Made by a program: the position numbers and the translations under genes
Shown: piece after piece, positions 1-9,100 of the stretch
Layout of the letters: every line of letters begins with the position of its first letter
Position numbering within the stretch: the first letter of the stretch is position 1
From: a virus
Taxonomy: Duplodnaviria > Caudoviricetes
Length of the DNA stretch: 27,260 nucleotides
IMG/VR virus record: IMGVR_UViG_3300020159_001152
Location: 1-27,260 of that record
Direction: 5' to 3' (one strand)
The notes under the pieces: generated by a model
Seen by the model: only the letters and a program-made list of their open reading frames with translations
The model's database searches: none
What the model was told of the DNA's origin: nothing

Positions 1-2823
1 CCTACTACCAACGCTGGTGACGGTGATCGTGGAACCAACGTTGCCACACGGTCATTCATACAAACACAGTCAACATCAGATTATGAAACTGGATTTGAAG
101 GCAGCATCAGACAAGACCCCAGTGCTAACGATGACACTGGTGGAGTTGGACAAGGAGCAATTCCTCCTACCAGTACTGGTGTTGGTCAGTATGATGATGC
201 CACTGGCGGAGCAGGCACAAATGTCAGTCAAGCCTTAAGTGATGACGCTGGAACGAGTGCGTCCGCAGCAACAATAGCAGCCGGCGGAGCAGAAGCAGAT
301 GCTGCTCGAATACAAACTGGAACCATTTCCACTGATGGCAGCAATCAAGTAATAGCCCCTCAAGCCAATGTTCTAGATCGTTTTTCCAGCTACACCTATA
401 GAGCCAGTTGGTATCTAATGACACCGGCACAATACAAACAGTTGGTGTACAGCAAGAAAAAAACAGTGAATGGTTATATGTTGCTGGTGCAAAGCGGTGG
501 AGCTCCACAAAACTCAGGCGGGTTCAAAGGCGCCTTAAACACCAACACACAAACATTTTATGAAAATAATGGAACCAGTAGCACCAATACATCAATTCCA
601 GGTGCCAAGGATGCTGATGCTGGCCGTAACCCAGCTTTTCCTTTAGATTTTTATATTGACAATGTTACCATTGAAAACTTTCTCACAGGTGGCGGTACTA
701 GAGCACCACATTCAACTAAAAACATCAAATTTACTGTAGTTGAAAATAACGGTATTACTTTGCTGGATAGACTGTATGAAGCAGTACAAGACTTTATGCC
801 TGCTAGTGGTCAAAAAAATGGCATCAACTATTCTTCTGTAGTGTATCTTATGGTAATAAGATTTTACGGATACGACGAGCAAGGCAATTTGGTCACTAAC
901 ATCAGCGGCAACAAGTCTGATCCTAACTCAGTAATTGAAAAGTTTATACCATTCAAAATTTCTAAATGCGACTGGACCATTGACAGCAAATTGGTTACAT
1001 ACAGTTTTGAAGGACTTGCGCCCGGCGAAGGATCTGCCGCTGGAACTCGTCGTGGAACCATACCTTACAATATTGAATTGACTGCTGCTAACATTGGTGA
1101 TTTGTTGGGACAAGATGTAAAATACTCTGCTACTCAAGCAGCCACAGCCACTCCAGGTGCAGCCACCACAAACAGTTCTGTGGGTTATGTAAGTGATGCT
1201 GAACAAATTGCTGCTGCTAATTTGGCAAGCTCGCCGCCAAAAGCTGACGCAGCTCCCACAACAAAAAAAACCAGTATCACTCAAGGCCTCATGGGTGCAA
1301 TGAATCAATATCAACTAGATTTAAAAAATCAAGGTGTATATGAACAAGCAGATCAGTATGAGATTGTGTTTGCCAATCCAGGTCCTGGCGGGGGCGGCAC
1401 TGCAATTAAAAATGCTAGATTGATTCCACCAGGAGCAAAAACTAATGCAAGGCAAACTGGAATGGTGCCACCTGCTACTACCAGTACAGGATCAGCTGAT
1501 ATGGAGCAAATTTCCAAGGATATCAAAAGTAGAAATTATTCTATTACTGCTGGTATGCAATTGGTTCAAGCCATTGAGCTTGCCATACGAAACAGCACTT
1601 TTGTGACTGATCAAAACGTTTTGTTTTTTAACGAAGATGATGCACTGCAAGTCAAAACCGATGCCAACAAAAAAGACATTGTGTGGTTCAACATCACTTT
1701 TCAAGCAACCCAATTAGAGTATGATAACAAACGCAATGACTTTGCACACAAAATAACATTTATAATCAACACATACACTCCCATGAATTTTAGTAGCAGT
1801 TACTATCCTATCAACAAATTCCGTGGCCTGCACAAACAATACAACTATTGGTTTACTGGTAAAAATACTTCAGTAATTGAATACAAAGAAACCATGAACA
1901 ATCTATACAATCTAACCATCAGTGGAGATCAAACTAAAGGTAATCTTGGATTTCAGCAACGTAAGGCCTTAACCAGCAGCATGAGAGATCAACCTTTTTA
2001 CAATTTTCAAACAGCCAGTACAGAAAACAGTGCCGGTGACAATGGCAAACAAAACGAACCACAAGCTAACTTGGCTGAAAGTCTGTATGATCCAGTTGGC
2101 CTGGCTAACTGTAATCTTAAAATTGTAGGCGATCCTGCGTGGATACAGCAAGGCAGTTTTGCCGGTGGAGTTAGTGCAAAAGAATTTGACTTCAATGCAT
2201 TCTTACCTGACGGCACTATAAATTTTGATGCTAGAGAAGTCATGTTTGAAATAGCGTGGCAACGACCACAAGACTATGATATCAATACAGGCCTGGCTGA
2301 TCCTTATGCTGGATCTAGCAAACGACAACCAGTGCAAAGCCGAGTATATACTGCCATGCAATGTACCAGCGAATTCCGGCAAGGCAGCTTTTACCAAAAT
2401 ATACAAGGCAGATTGTATTTCTTCATGAAGCCAAATGCTTCCAACAAAGCAGCCACAGCACCACCACCTGCAACTCAAGCTGATGTGAGAAGAATAGACA
2501 ATGCAACAACATCAGACAACCCTAGTGCTGCCAATGCTTCAGCAGCCGCAGCTGGAGCCAGTGGACGACCCACAACACTAGCTGTGCCGGCGGCAAGTGC
2601 TGGCCCTGGCAGTGGCACACCAAATGTAATAAATTCAGCACCACCAGGACCAAAAGACACTGTGGTTCCTGCACCGCCACCACAACCAGCAACATCAGGA
2701 TCGGGTGAACCATTGAATGTAGGAGATCCGTTTGTGCCACCAGGAGTGTTGTCTGGCAGAATTTCAACAGATGGTCTAGCAGATTCGCCATCTGTTCCAC
2801 AAGACATGGTAAGAGATTTTTAA
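1..2823 (+). CDS. Putative baseplate hub protein (T4 gp27 / Mu gp44 / P2 gpD-like), 5'-truncated by the window edge
   Basis: Frame 1 has no stop from base 1 (PTTNAGDGDR...PQANVLDRFSSYTYRASWYLMTPAQ...) to TAA 2821-2823, so the true start is probably upstream of the window rather than at ATG 418. The C-terminal motifs 'CNLKIVGDPAW' and 'YTAMQCTSEFRQGSFYQNIQGR' resemble the hub/late-control-D pattern (l.i.GdP ... Y.v..v.h.F..g.f.q.l...R). The gene lies directly upstream of a gp5-type spike. Both ends are low-complexity and A/G/P/T-rich. Confidence 0.6.
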   Translation, partial: PTTNAGDGDRGTNVATRSFIQTQSTSDYETGFEGSIRQDPSANDDTGGVGQGAIPPTSTGVGQYDDATGGAGTNVSQALSDDAGTSASAATIAAGGAEADAARIQTGTISTDGSNQVIAPQANVLDRFSSYTYRASWYLMTPAQYKQLVYSKKKTVNGYMLLVQSGGAPQNSGGFKGALNTNTQTFYENNGTSSTNTSIPGAKDADAGRNPAFPLDFYIDNVTIENFLTGGGTRAPHSTKNIKFTVVENNGITLLDRLYEAVQDFMPASGQKNGINYSSVVYLMVIRFYGYDEQGNLVTNISGNKSDPNSVIEKFIPFKISKCDWTIDSKLVTYSFEGLAPGEGSAAGTRRGTIPYNIELTAANIGDLLGQDVKYSATQAATATPGAATTNSSVGYVSDAEQIAAANLASSPPKADAAPTTKKTSITQGLMGAMNQYQLDLKNQGVYEQADQYEIVFANPGPGGGGTAIKNARLIPPGAKTNARQTGMVPPATTSTGSADMEQISKDIKSRNYSITAGMQLVQAIELAIRNSTFVTDQNVLFFNEDDALQVKTDANKKDIVWFNITFQATQLEYDNKRNDFAHKITFIINTYTPMNFSSSYYPINKFRGLHKQYNYWFTGKNTSVIEYKETMNNLYNLTISGDQTKGNLGFQQRKALTSSMRDQPFYNFQTASTENSAGDNGKQNEPQANLAESLYDPVGLANCNLKIVGDPAWIQQGSFAGGVSAKEFDFNAFLPDGTINFDAREVMFEIAWQRPQDYDINTGLADPYAGSSKRQPVQSRVYTAMQCTSEFRQGSFYQNIQGRLYFFMKPNASNKAATAPPPATQADVRRIDNATTSDNPSAANASAAAAGASGRPTTLAVPAASAGPGSGTPNVINSAPPGPKDTVVPAPPPQPATSGSGEPLNVGDPFVPPGVLSGRISTDGLADSPSVPQDMVRDF

Positions 2824-2832
2824 GGATAACAC

Positions 2833-4347
2833 ATGGCAACAGAAGTACAACGCAGTAGAGGCCGCCCCACAAACTACAAGTTTGATCGCGGAGGTGTACC
2901 TGCGGAGTTTGGGCCATTTTATGGCATAGTAAAAAACACCACAGACTCAATAAGATCTGGTCGCATACAAGTTTATATTGACGCATTTTCCAATGGTGGT
3001 GAGAATGAACCTTCAAAATGGATCACAGTGAGTTATATGCCACAATTTTTTGGATCAACTCCATACAATCCTGCTAAAACTGGTGTGGGATCGTACATTG
3101 ACGGCAACTCCAACAGTTATGGCATGTGGTTCACACCACCAGACGTAGGTATCACAGTGTTATGTGTGTTTGTAAATGGCGACCGTAGCCAGGGATTTTA
3201 TATTGGCACTGCACCTGATCAAAGCATTGGACATATGGTTCCTGCTGTTGGCGCTGCACCAGTTACCACTCAAGTAATTGCAGAAAATGCAAATCAAGCA
3301 GCGTATTTTAAATTGGCATCACAATTACCAGTAGTTGAAATCAACACCAACAATCTTGCGCTTGAAGAAAACGCTAGATTTTTTGATGCACCTAAACCTG
3401 TGCAAAGTGTAGTGGCAGAAACCATGTTCCGTCAAGGCTTAATCAATGACCCCCAACGCGGTCCTATATCTAGTTCAAGCCAAAGAGAAAGTCCCAGTGC
3501 TGTGTTTGGTGTTAGCACACCTGGACCAGCAGTTTATAAAGGTGGCATGAAACTGGGAGAAATACAAAGAAAAGTTCAAACTGGACAATTAAAACCTCAA
3601 GATCTTAATGTGATTGGTCGTGTGGGCGGTCATAGCATTGTGATGGATGACGGTGATACTGATGGCAATACTAGACTGATAAGATTTAGAACCACAGCTG
3701 GCCACCAAATCACAATGAGCGACAGTGGAGATTTTTTCTATATTACACATGCCAATGGTCTGGCTTGGTTTGAACTTGGAGCACAAGGCACGCTAGATGT
3801 GTATGCCACAAACTCAATCAACCTGCGCACACGCGGTGATATCAATTTGCATGCTGATAGAGATATCAACATGTATGCAGGCGGCAGCATAAAAGCCAAA
3901 GCTGTGGAAAATATTACATTGCAAGCTGATGCAGATCTTACAGTTATCGCACAACAAAATTTAAAACTATACAGTAAAAGTTACATTGGTGTCAAAGCTG
4001 ATGGCAGTTTAGCGTTACAAAGTGCCAGTGGCAGTTGGGCAGGTGGCAGCGCATTGGTATTTACAGCTGGCGGCATTGATCTTAACGGCCCTGCTGCTGA
4101 CTCAGTGTCTGCGCCTAACAACTTGACTGTGACCAAATTAGACGACACTACGTTTAGCAGTGCTACTGGTTGGACAGTTGAAACAGACGGATTAGAAAGT
4201 ATTGTGACTCGAGCACCCACACACGAACCATACCCTTACCACAACAAGGGTGTGGATATTGAAATCTCATTAGAAGAAGGACAACCTCCTCCTAATCCTG
4301 GTGCTGTGCCTGTGCCAGCTGGATTTGAATTTACGAGAAAAACATGA
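2833..4347 (+). CDS. gp5: Baseplate central spike, gp5/VgrG-type (OB-fold plus beta-helix)
   Basis: 504 aa. N-terminal OB-fold signature 'GIVKNTTDSIRSGRIQVYI...W...YGMWFTPPDVGITVLCVFVNGDRSQGFYIG'. Then 'GGHSIVMDDG...RTTAGHQITMSDS', and ~8-residue beta-strand repeats (INLRTRGD/INLHADRD/INMYAGGS/...). AAGGA Shine-Dalgarno at 2822-2826. Confidence 0.85.
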   Translation: MATEVQRSRGRPTNYKFDRGGVPAEFGPFYGIVKNTTDSIRSGRIQVYIDAFSNGGENEPSKWITVSYMPQFFGSTPYNPAKTGVGSYIDGNSNSYGMWFTPPDVGITVLCVFVNGDRSQGFYIGTAPDQSIGHMVPAVGAAPVTTQVIAENANQAAYFKLASQLPVVEINTNNLALEENARFFDAPKPVQSVVAETMFRQGLINDPQRGPISSSSQRESPSAVFGVSTPGPAVYKGGMKLGEIQRKVQTGQLKPQDLNVIGRVGGHSIVMDDGDTDGNTRLIRFRTTAGHQITMSDSGDFFYITHANGLAWFELGAQGTLDVYATNSINLRTRGDINLHADRDINMYAGGSIKAKAVENITLQADADLTVIAQQNLKLYSKSYIGVKADGSLALQSASGSWAGGSALVFTAGGIDLNGPAADSVSAPNNLTVTKLDDTTFSSATGWTVETDGLESIVTRAPTHEPYPYHNKGVDIEISLEEGQPPPNPGAVPVPAGFEFTRKT

Positions 4348-5747
4348 GCATATTTAACTTTGAATTCAACGGTCAAAAGTTTGAAGTCAATGCACCTACT
4401 GGTGCTACATTTGAACAAGCCAAAGCAGTGTTTGACCAACAAACAGCCAGCGGTGGCCTCACAGGATTCAGAGTTGGCGATGTATTAAGTCCTGCCACAC
4501 AAGCAGCAGGTGGTCTAGCATCCGCACAAAGTCAACTCACACAAGGTCTAGCGTCGTTAACCAGCCGATTGCCAGCAGGAACAAATTTAAATAGCCTCAC
4601 AGCCAGTATAGGCGCACTTGGACAAGGTGCTGGTACACAAGTGGCCAGCGCACTACAAGGTGGTGCGGCTGCATTTAATTCATTAACTACTGGTGCGGGC
4701 GGCGGCACTGCTGCTATCAGTTCAGCATTGTCAGGAGCTGGCACTGGATTTTCGTTACCGTCAGCGTCAGCAATCACAGGTGCATTGACTGGTCCAGCCG
4801 CACGAGCAGGTAGCTTGGCTAGCACAGCAATTGGCACACTATCTGGACTGATCAAAGCAACTCCTACCGATGGAATCAATGTGGCAGACTTTGCCAAACA
4901 AGGTCCGGCGTTGAGTGGTCTTGGCAGCATGAGTTTGCCTGATGTAACTGGCACATTGTCTCAAGCTTCAAAATTGGTAGGTCAAAGTGCAGATACTATT
5001 AGTAACACAGCAGGTGCAGGAAAATTTGGTCTTAACGCCAGTCAACTTGAACGTTGGGGTCTTGTTAAACCAGGAACTGCCGCTACATTTTTGGCACAAG
5101 GTGACAGTGATCTTACCAGTGTGTTAAAAAGTCCCACAGTGTGGACTGGCAGAGATGGTGTGAAAAGTCTTGATGGGTTGCTGGGTAATGAAGGGCTTCA
5201 AAATAAAATTCAGCAAGGATTGATGACTTCTGGTGTGGCTGACTTAAAATCACTAGGAATTCCCACAGACAAACTAACACCACAAGCACTTAGCGGTCTG
5301 GCCACCAATGCCGCAAAGAGTGTGCCCGACACACTAAATTGGGCAAAAAATACTCCAGGCCTGCCAGCTGACATCAAATTCAAATTTGATGCTGCCGCAG
5401 TTAATGGTGCGTTTGCTGTAAACTTGGCGCAAACTAAAATAGATCCGTCCATGCTTCAAGAGTACACGCCCTTGGCGGCTGAAGATACAGTGAATACAGC
5501 AACGCTCGAAGCCGCTGCTAAACGAATTGTTGGCAATGCCAAAGTGCCTAGCATTTTGCCAGTAGCCATAGAATCTAGTGCTTATTCCAAAACCAAAGAT
5601 GAGGATTTAATTTACACTGGAAATGACGAGATAGTATGGGATCGTGTAAATGCCGAACGACTACGTCGTGGTCTGCCAAGTCTCACTGCAATAGGCTATC
5701 CAAGGCCTGATCCGTCTCCTAATAATAACCAATTTCAAGGCGGATAA
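4344..5747 (+). CDS. Spike-associated hypothetical protein, Ala/Gly/Ser-rich, with a possible degenerate lysozyme-like segment
   Basis: 467 aa. ATGA overlap with the gp5 stop implies translational coupling. It has a short N-terminal domain 'FEVNAPTGATFEQAKAVF', a long A/G/S/L-rich region, and 'GKFGL...LERWGLVKPG...WTGRDGVKSLDGLLGN..LQ'. The CDS is secure but the function is speculative. Confidence 0.75.
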   Translation: MSIFNFEFNGQKFEVNAPTGATFEQAKAVFDQQTASGGLTGFRVGDVLSPATQAAGGLASAQSQLTQGLASLTSRLPAGTNLNSLTASIGALGQGAGTQVASALQGGAAAFNSLTTGAGGGTAAISSALSGAGTGFSLPSASAITGALTGPAARAGSLASTAIGTLSGLIKATPTDGINVADFAKQGPALSGLGSMSLPDVTGTLSQASKLVGQSADTISNTAGAGKFGLNASQLERWGLVKPGTAATFLAQGDSDLTSVLKSPTVWTGRDGVKSLDGLLGNEGLQNKIQQGLMTSGVADLKSLGIPTDKLTPQALSGLATNAAKSVPDTLNWAKNTPGLPADIKFKFDAAAVNGAFAVNLAQTKIDPSMLQEYTPLAAEDTVNTATLEAAAKRIVGNAKVPSILPVAIESSAYSKTKDEDLIYTGNDEIVWDRVNAERLRRGLPSLTAIGYPRPDPSPNNNQFQGG

Positions 5748-5750
5748 ATA
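5743..5750 (+). promoter_or_regulatory. T4-type late promoter-like element (GATAAATA)
   Basis: 7/8 match to the T4 gp55 late consensus TATAAATA. It overlaps the upstream stop and ends 5 nt before the gp25 ATG. Confidence 0.6.
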
Positions 5751-5755
5751 TTGCC

Positions 5756-6130
5756 ATGACTACCTTTGTTGGATTTAATACTCAAAATCAATACAAAAAA
5801 TTCACACTGGTGGATTTTGAATTGGTCAAGCGCGACTTGTTAAATGCCTTTAATATTCGCCAAGGCCAACTGCCAGGCCGTCCAGGATATGGCACAGTGT
5901 TGTGGAATTACTTGTTTGAAAATCAAGTTGACGCAGTTCAACAAGGCATTGTCAATGAAGTGCAACGAGTGGCCGGCGGTGATCCTAGAATATTCATCAG
6001 CAACATCAATGTGTATCCTCAAGAACATGGCATGTTGATTGAGTTAGAAATACAAACAGTAGGCGGTGTTAACGCTGAAATTCTAAACGTATTCTTTAAT
6101 CAAGTCACTCGTTCAGCCAGTTACGTATAA
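5756..6130 (+). CDS. gp25: Baseplate wedge subunit / sheath initiator (GPW_gp25 family)
   Basis: 124 aa. 'DFELVKRDLLNAFNIRQGQLPGRPGYGTVLWNYLFE...IVNEVQRVAGGDPRI' matches the gp25 pattern (i...l.n.l.T..GEr...P.fG..l...lFe...i...EPRv). It sits immediately upstream of gp6. Confidence 0.9.
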   Translation: MTTFVGFNTQNQYKKFTLVDFELVKRDLLNAFNIRQGQLPGRPGYGTVLWNYLFENQVDAVQQGIVNEVQRVAGGDPRIFISNINVYPQEHGMLIELEIQTVGGVNAEILNVFFNQVTRSASYV

Positions 6131-6149
6131 CTACGCCGTTTTTTATCTA

Positions 6150-6157
6150 CATAAATA
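6150..6157 (+). promoter_or_regulatory. T4-type late promoter-like element (CATAAATA) upstream of gp6
   Basis: 7/8 match to TATAAATA in the 56-nt gp25-gp6 gap, followed by AAGG at 6173-6176 and ATG at 6187. Confidence 0.6.
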
Positions 6158-6186
6158 ACAGATAAAGAATACAAGGCCCAGACGCA

Positions 6187-9100
6187 ATGGCAAAAACCAC
6201 TAGACAAACCGCAATATTTGGTGTAGAAGATTGGAAACAGATCTATCAAACCTATCGCGAAGCAGACTTCCAAAGCTACGACTTTGAAACTCTACGCAAG
6301 AGTTTTACTGATTACCTGCGTTTGTACTATCCAGAAACATTCAATGACTACATTGAATCATCAGAATACATTGCCCTGCTAGACGTTATTGCGTTCATGG
6401 GCCAAGCTCTTGCATTCCGAACTGACCTAAACACACGAGAAAACTACTTAGACACAGCAGAACGCAGAGATTCAGTCACACGTCTAGCCAATTTGGTTAG
6501 CTACACCGCCAAACGCAACACTGCGGCCCAGGGCCTGCTCAAAGCATTCTCAGTAACCACAACAGAAAATGTCATAGACTATAATGGCGTTAACTTGGCC
6601 AATGTCACAGTTAATTGGGCAGATCCCACAAATTTTGATTGGTTAGAACAGTGGAACGCTATTGTTAATTCATCGTTGGTCAGCAGTCAAAAGATTGGTC
6701 GTCCATCCAACCGTCAAACTATTCTAGGCGTAGATACTAGTGAATACGGTATCAATTTGGTACCAGGATTCTTACCAGTGATTCCTTATACTGCCACCGT
6801 AGATGGTGTGAACATGCCTTTTGAAGCCACAACTTCGACCACAGCCGGACGAGATTACATTTACGAACCCAGTCCTAAACCTAACGCTGCATTCAATGTG
6901 TTGTATCGCAATGATCAGTTGGGGTATCAATCAGCTAACAATGGATTCTTTTTCTTTTTCAAGCAAGGCACCTTGCAAAATCAAGACTTTAACTTGGCCG
7001 AACGTATTGCCAATCGCACAGTGAACATCAATATTGATGGGGTTAACAACGAAGATCGTTGGTTGTTCCAATTGGACAATGTGGGAAGTATCAGCCGAGA
7101 GTGGAACTTTACTGAAAACATTTATTCAGCGGCTGCAGAACAAACTGCAACACTACGACCAATTTTCTCTGTGACCAGTAGAACCAATGACCAAATTACC
7201 ATGGTATTTGGTGATGGCGTGTTTTCAGAAATTCCGGTAGGTATCTTCCGTGTGTATGTGCGAGCTTCAAACGGCTTGCAATACATTATCAATCCTGCTG
7301 AAATGCAGAACGTGGTATTGCCAATCAGTTACATTGATCGCAATGGCAATCTACAAACCATTACATTTACGTGTGGCATCACACAGCCTGTGAGCAATGC
7401 ACAAAGTCGTGAAAGCATTGATGCTATCAAACAACGTGCGCCAGCTAGATACTACACACAAAATCGCATGGTAAACGGAGAAGATTACAATCTATTTCCA
7501 TTTACTCTTTACAATTCTATTATCAAATCAAAAGCAGTGAACCGTGCCAGTATTGGAACCAGTCGTTACTTAGACTTAGTAGATAACACAGGCAAATACT
7601 CGTCAACCAATACATTTTCTAGTGATGGTGCCATGTGGGAAAATAACATTCTTCCTGCCACACTATTCTCTTGGACCAATCGAAACGAAATTGCTGATCT
7701 TATTACCAATCAAGTACAACCAGCTATTAGTGGCGCCACATTTAATCAGTTTTACTATGCAAACTTTCCAAGAGTTCAAGAAGATGAATTGCCACCTGGA
7801 GTTTCTTGGGTCGCAGGTGCAACATGGCATCAAAGTACAACACTGGTCAATGAAACCACTGGATATTTTCAAAATGCAGTAGGTGCACCAATTATATTTA
7901 ATTCTTCAAGCAGTACTGTATTCAAGTTTGTGGTACAAAAAAGTTTGATTAAATTTGTAGCCCCAACCGGCTACTATTTTGATGCCAACAATAGACTTAA
8001 ACCCGGCTTGCCGACAAGACCAGAAGACCATTTAGAAATTTGGGCCAGTCCTCTTGCAATAGTAGGAGATGGCAGTAATGGCGGAGTTGGTAATTTAGCC
8101 AATGGCCAAGGTCCTGTAGCACTCAATAACTTTGTGCCTACCGGTGCAATTGTAGACAGTATTATTCCTGTATTCCTTACAGATTTAAATACTACTATTA
8201 GAGAACAAATAACGCAACAAATTTTGTTGTATAGAAATTTTGGGCTTGGATATGACAACACCGGCTCAGTTACAGGTGCAGCAGGAACCTGGTATTTGAT
8301 TACTAGTACCAACTTAGATGATAATGCTACATGGAGTCAAACTGTTCCTGGACTTGCTGGAAATACTAATGGAAATAATACTGATGCAAGTTGGATAGTG
8401 CAGTTTGTGGCAGTGGACAACAAGTATACAATTACGTTCCGAGGCCTTGCTTATTACTTTGGTTCTGTTCTTCAAACAAGATTTTTCTTTTATGGCAATC
8501 AAAAAATCTACGACAGCCGCACAGGAACTACCATCAGAGACTTTATTAATGTATTGGCAGTAAACACCAAGCCAGACAGTTCGTCACCACTGCCTGGAGA
8601 TATTTTTACCACTATCATTGGCCAACCTGTGGAGTCTGATGGCTATGTTGATGACTTCCAGGTGTTAATCAGCTATAGAGATTCAGACTCGGATGGGGTG
8701 CCAGACAATCCAGACTTCTTCAATGAGATTGTTGCACCTGATATTAACCCTAATCTTAAATTGGTGTTCTTGCAACGAACTGTGGACTTTGATAATTTGC
8801 AAAGATATTTGTTGGCTGAACCAGGCGTGGTAAATTCAGACTATCCTACCTACGATAATATCGAATTGGTTAAATTCCAGTATTCTCCAGGACAAGTTTT
8901 CTATGCCTATAGTGATGAATTATTTTTTACATTAACAGTTAATACCGCTGGAGTTAGAGTAATAACTCAAGCTGCTGAAGGTGATTGGATTGCTAGAACA
9001 GGTCGCCAAGCATTGTACTTCCAATATCGTCATAATTCGCCATTGACCAATAGAATTGACCCAGGCACTACTAACATCATTGACTTGTACGTTGTGACAC

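Noticed and set aside
17-238. 73-aa + strand ORF in the track
   Set aside because: It is out of frame within the open frame-1 extension of the first gene.
319-2775. GxISTDG heptapeptide near both ends of the first protein (319-339 and 2755-2775)
   Set aside because: It is a short match within G/S/T/D-rich low-complexity sequence and cannot be distinguished from chance without homologues.
4329-4347. Possible -1 frameshift fusing gp5 to the next ORF (AGA AAA ACA TGA)
   Set aside because: It is not a proper X XXY YYZ heptamer in the gp5 frame, and the -1 frame is open for only five codons before the ATG. An ordinary ATGA overlap explains the junction.
6120-6146. Possible intrinsic terminator after gp25 (AGTTA-CGTA-TAACT followed by a T6 run)
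   Set aside because: The stem is only 5 bp, AT-rich and separated from the T-run by several bases, which is too weak to call.
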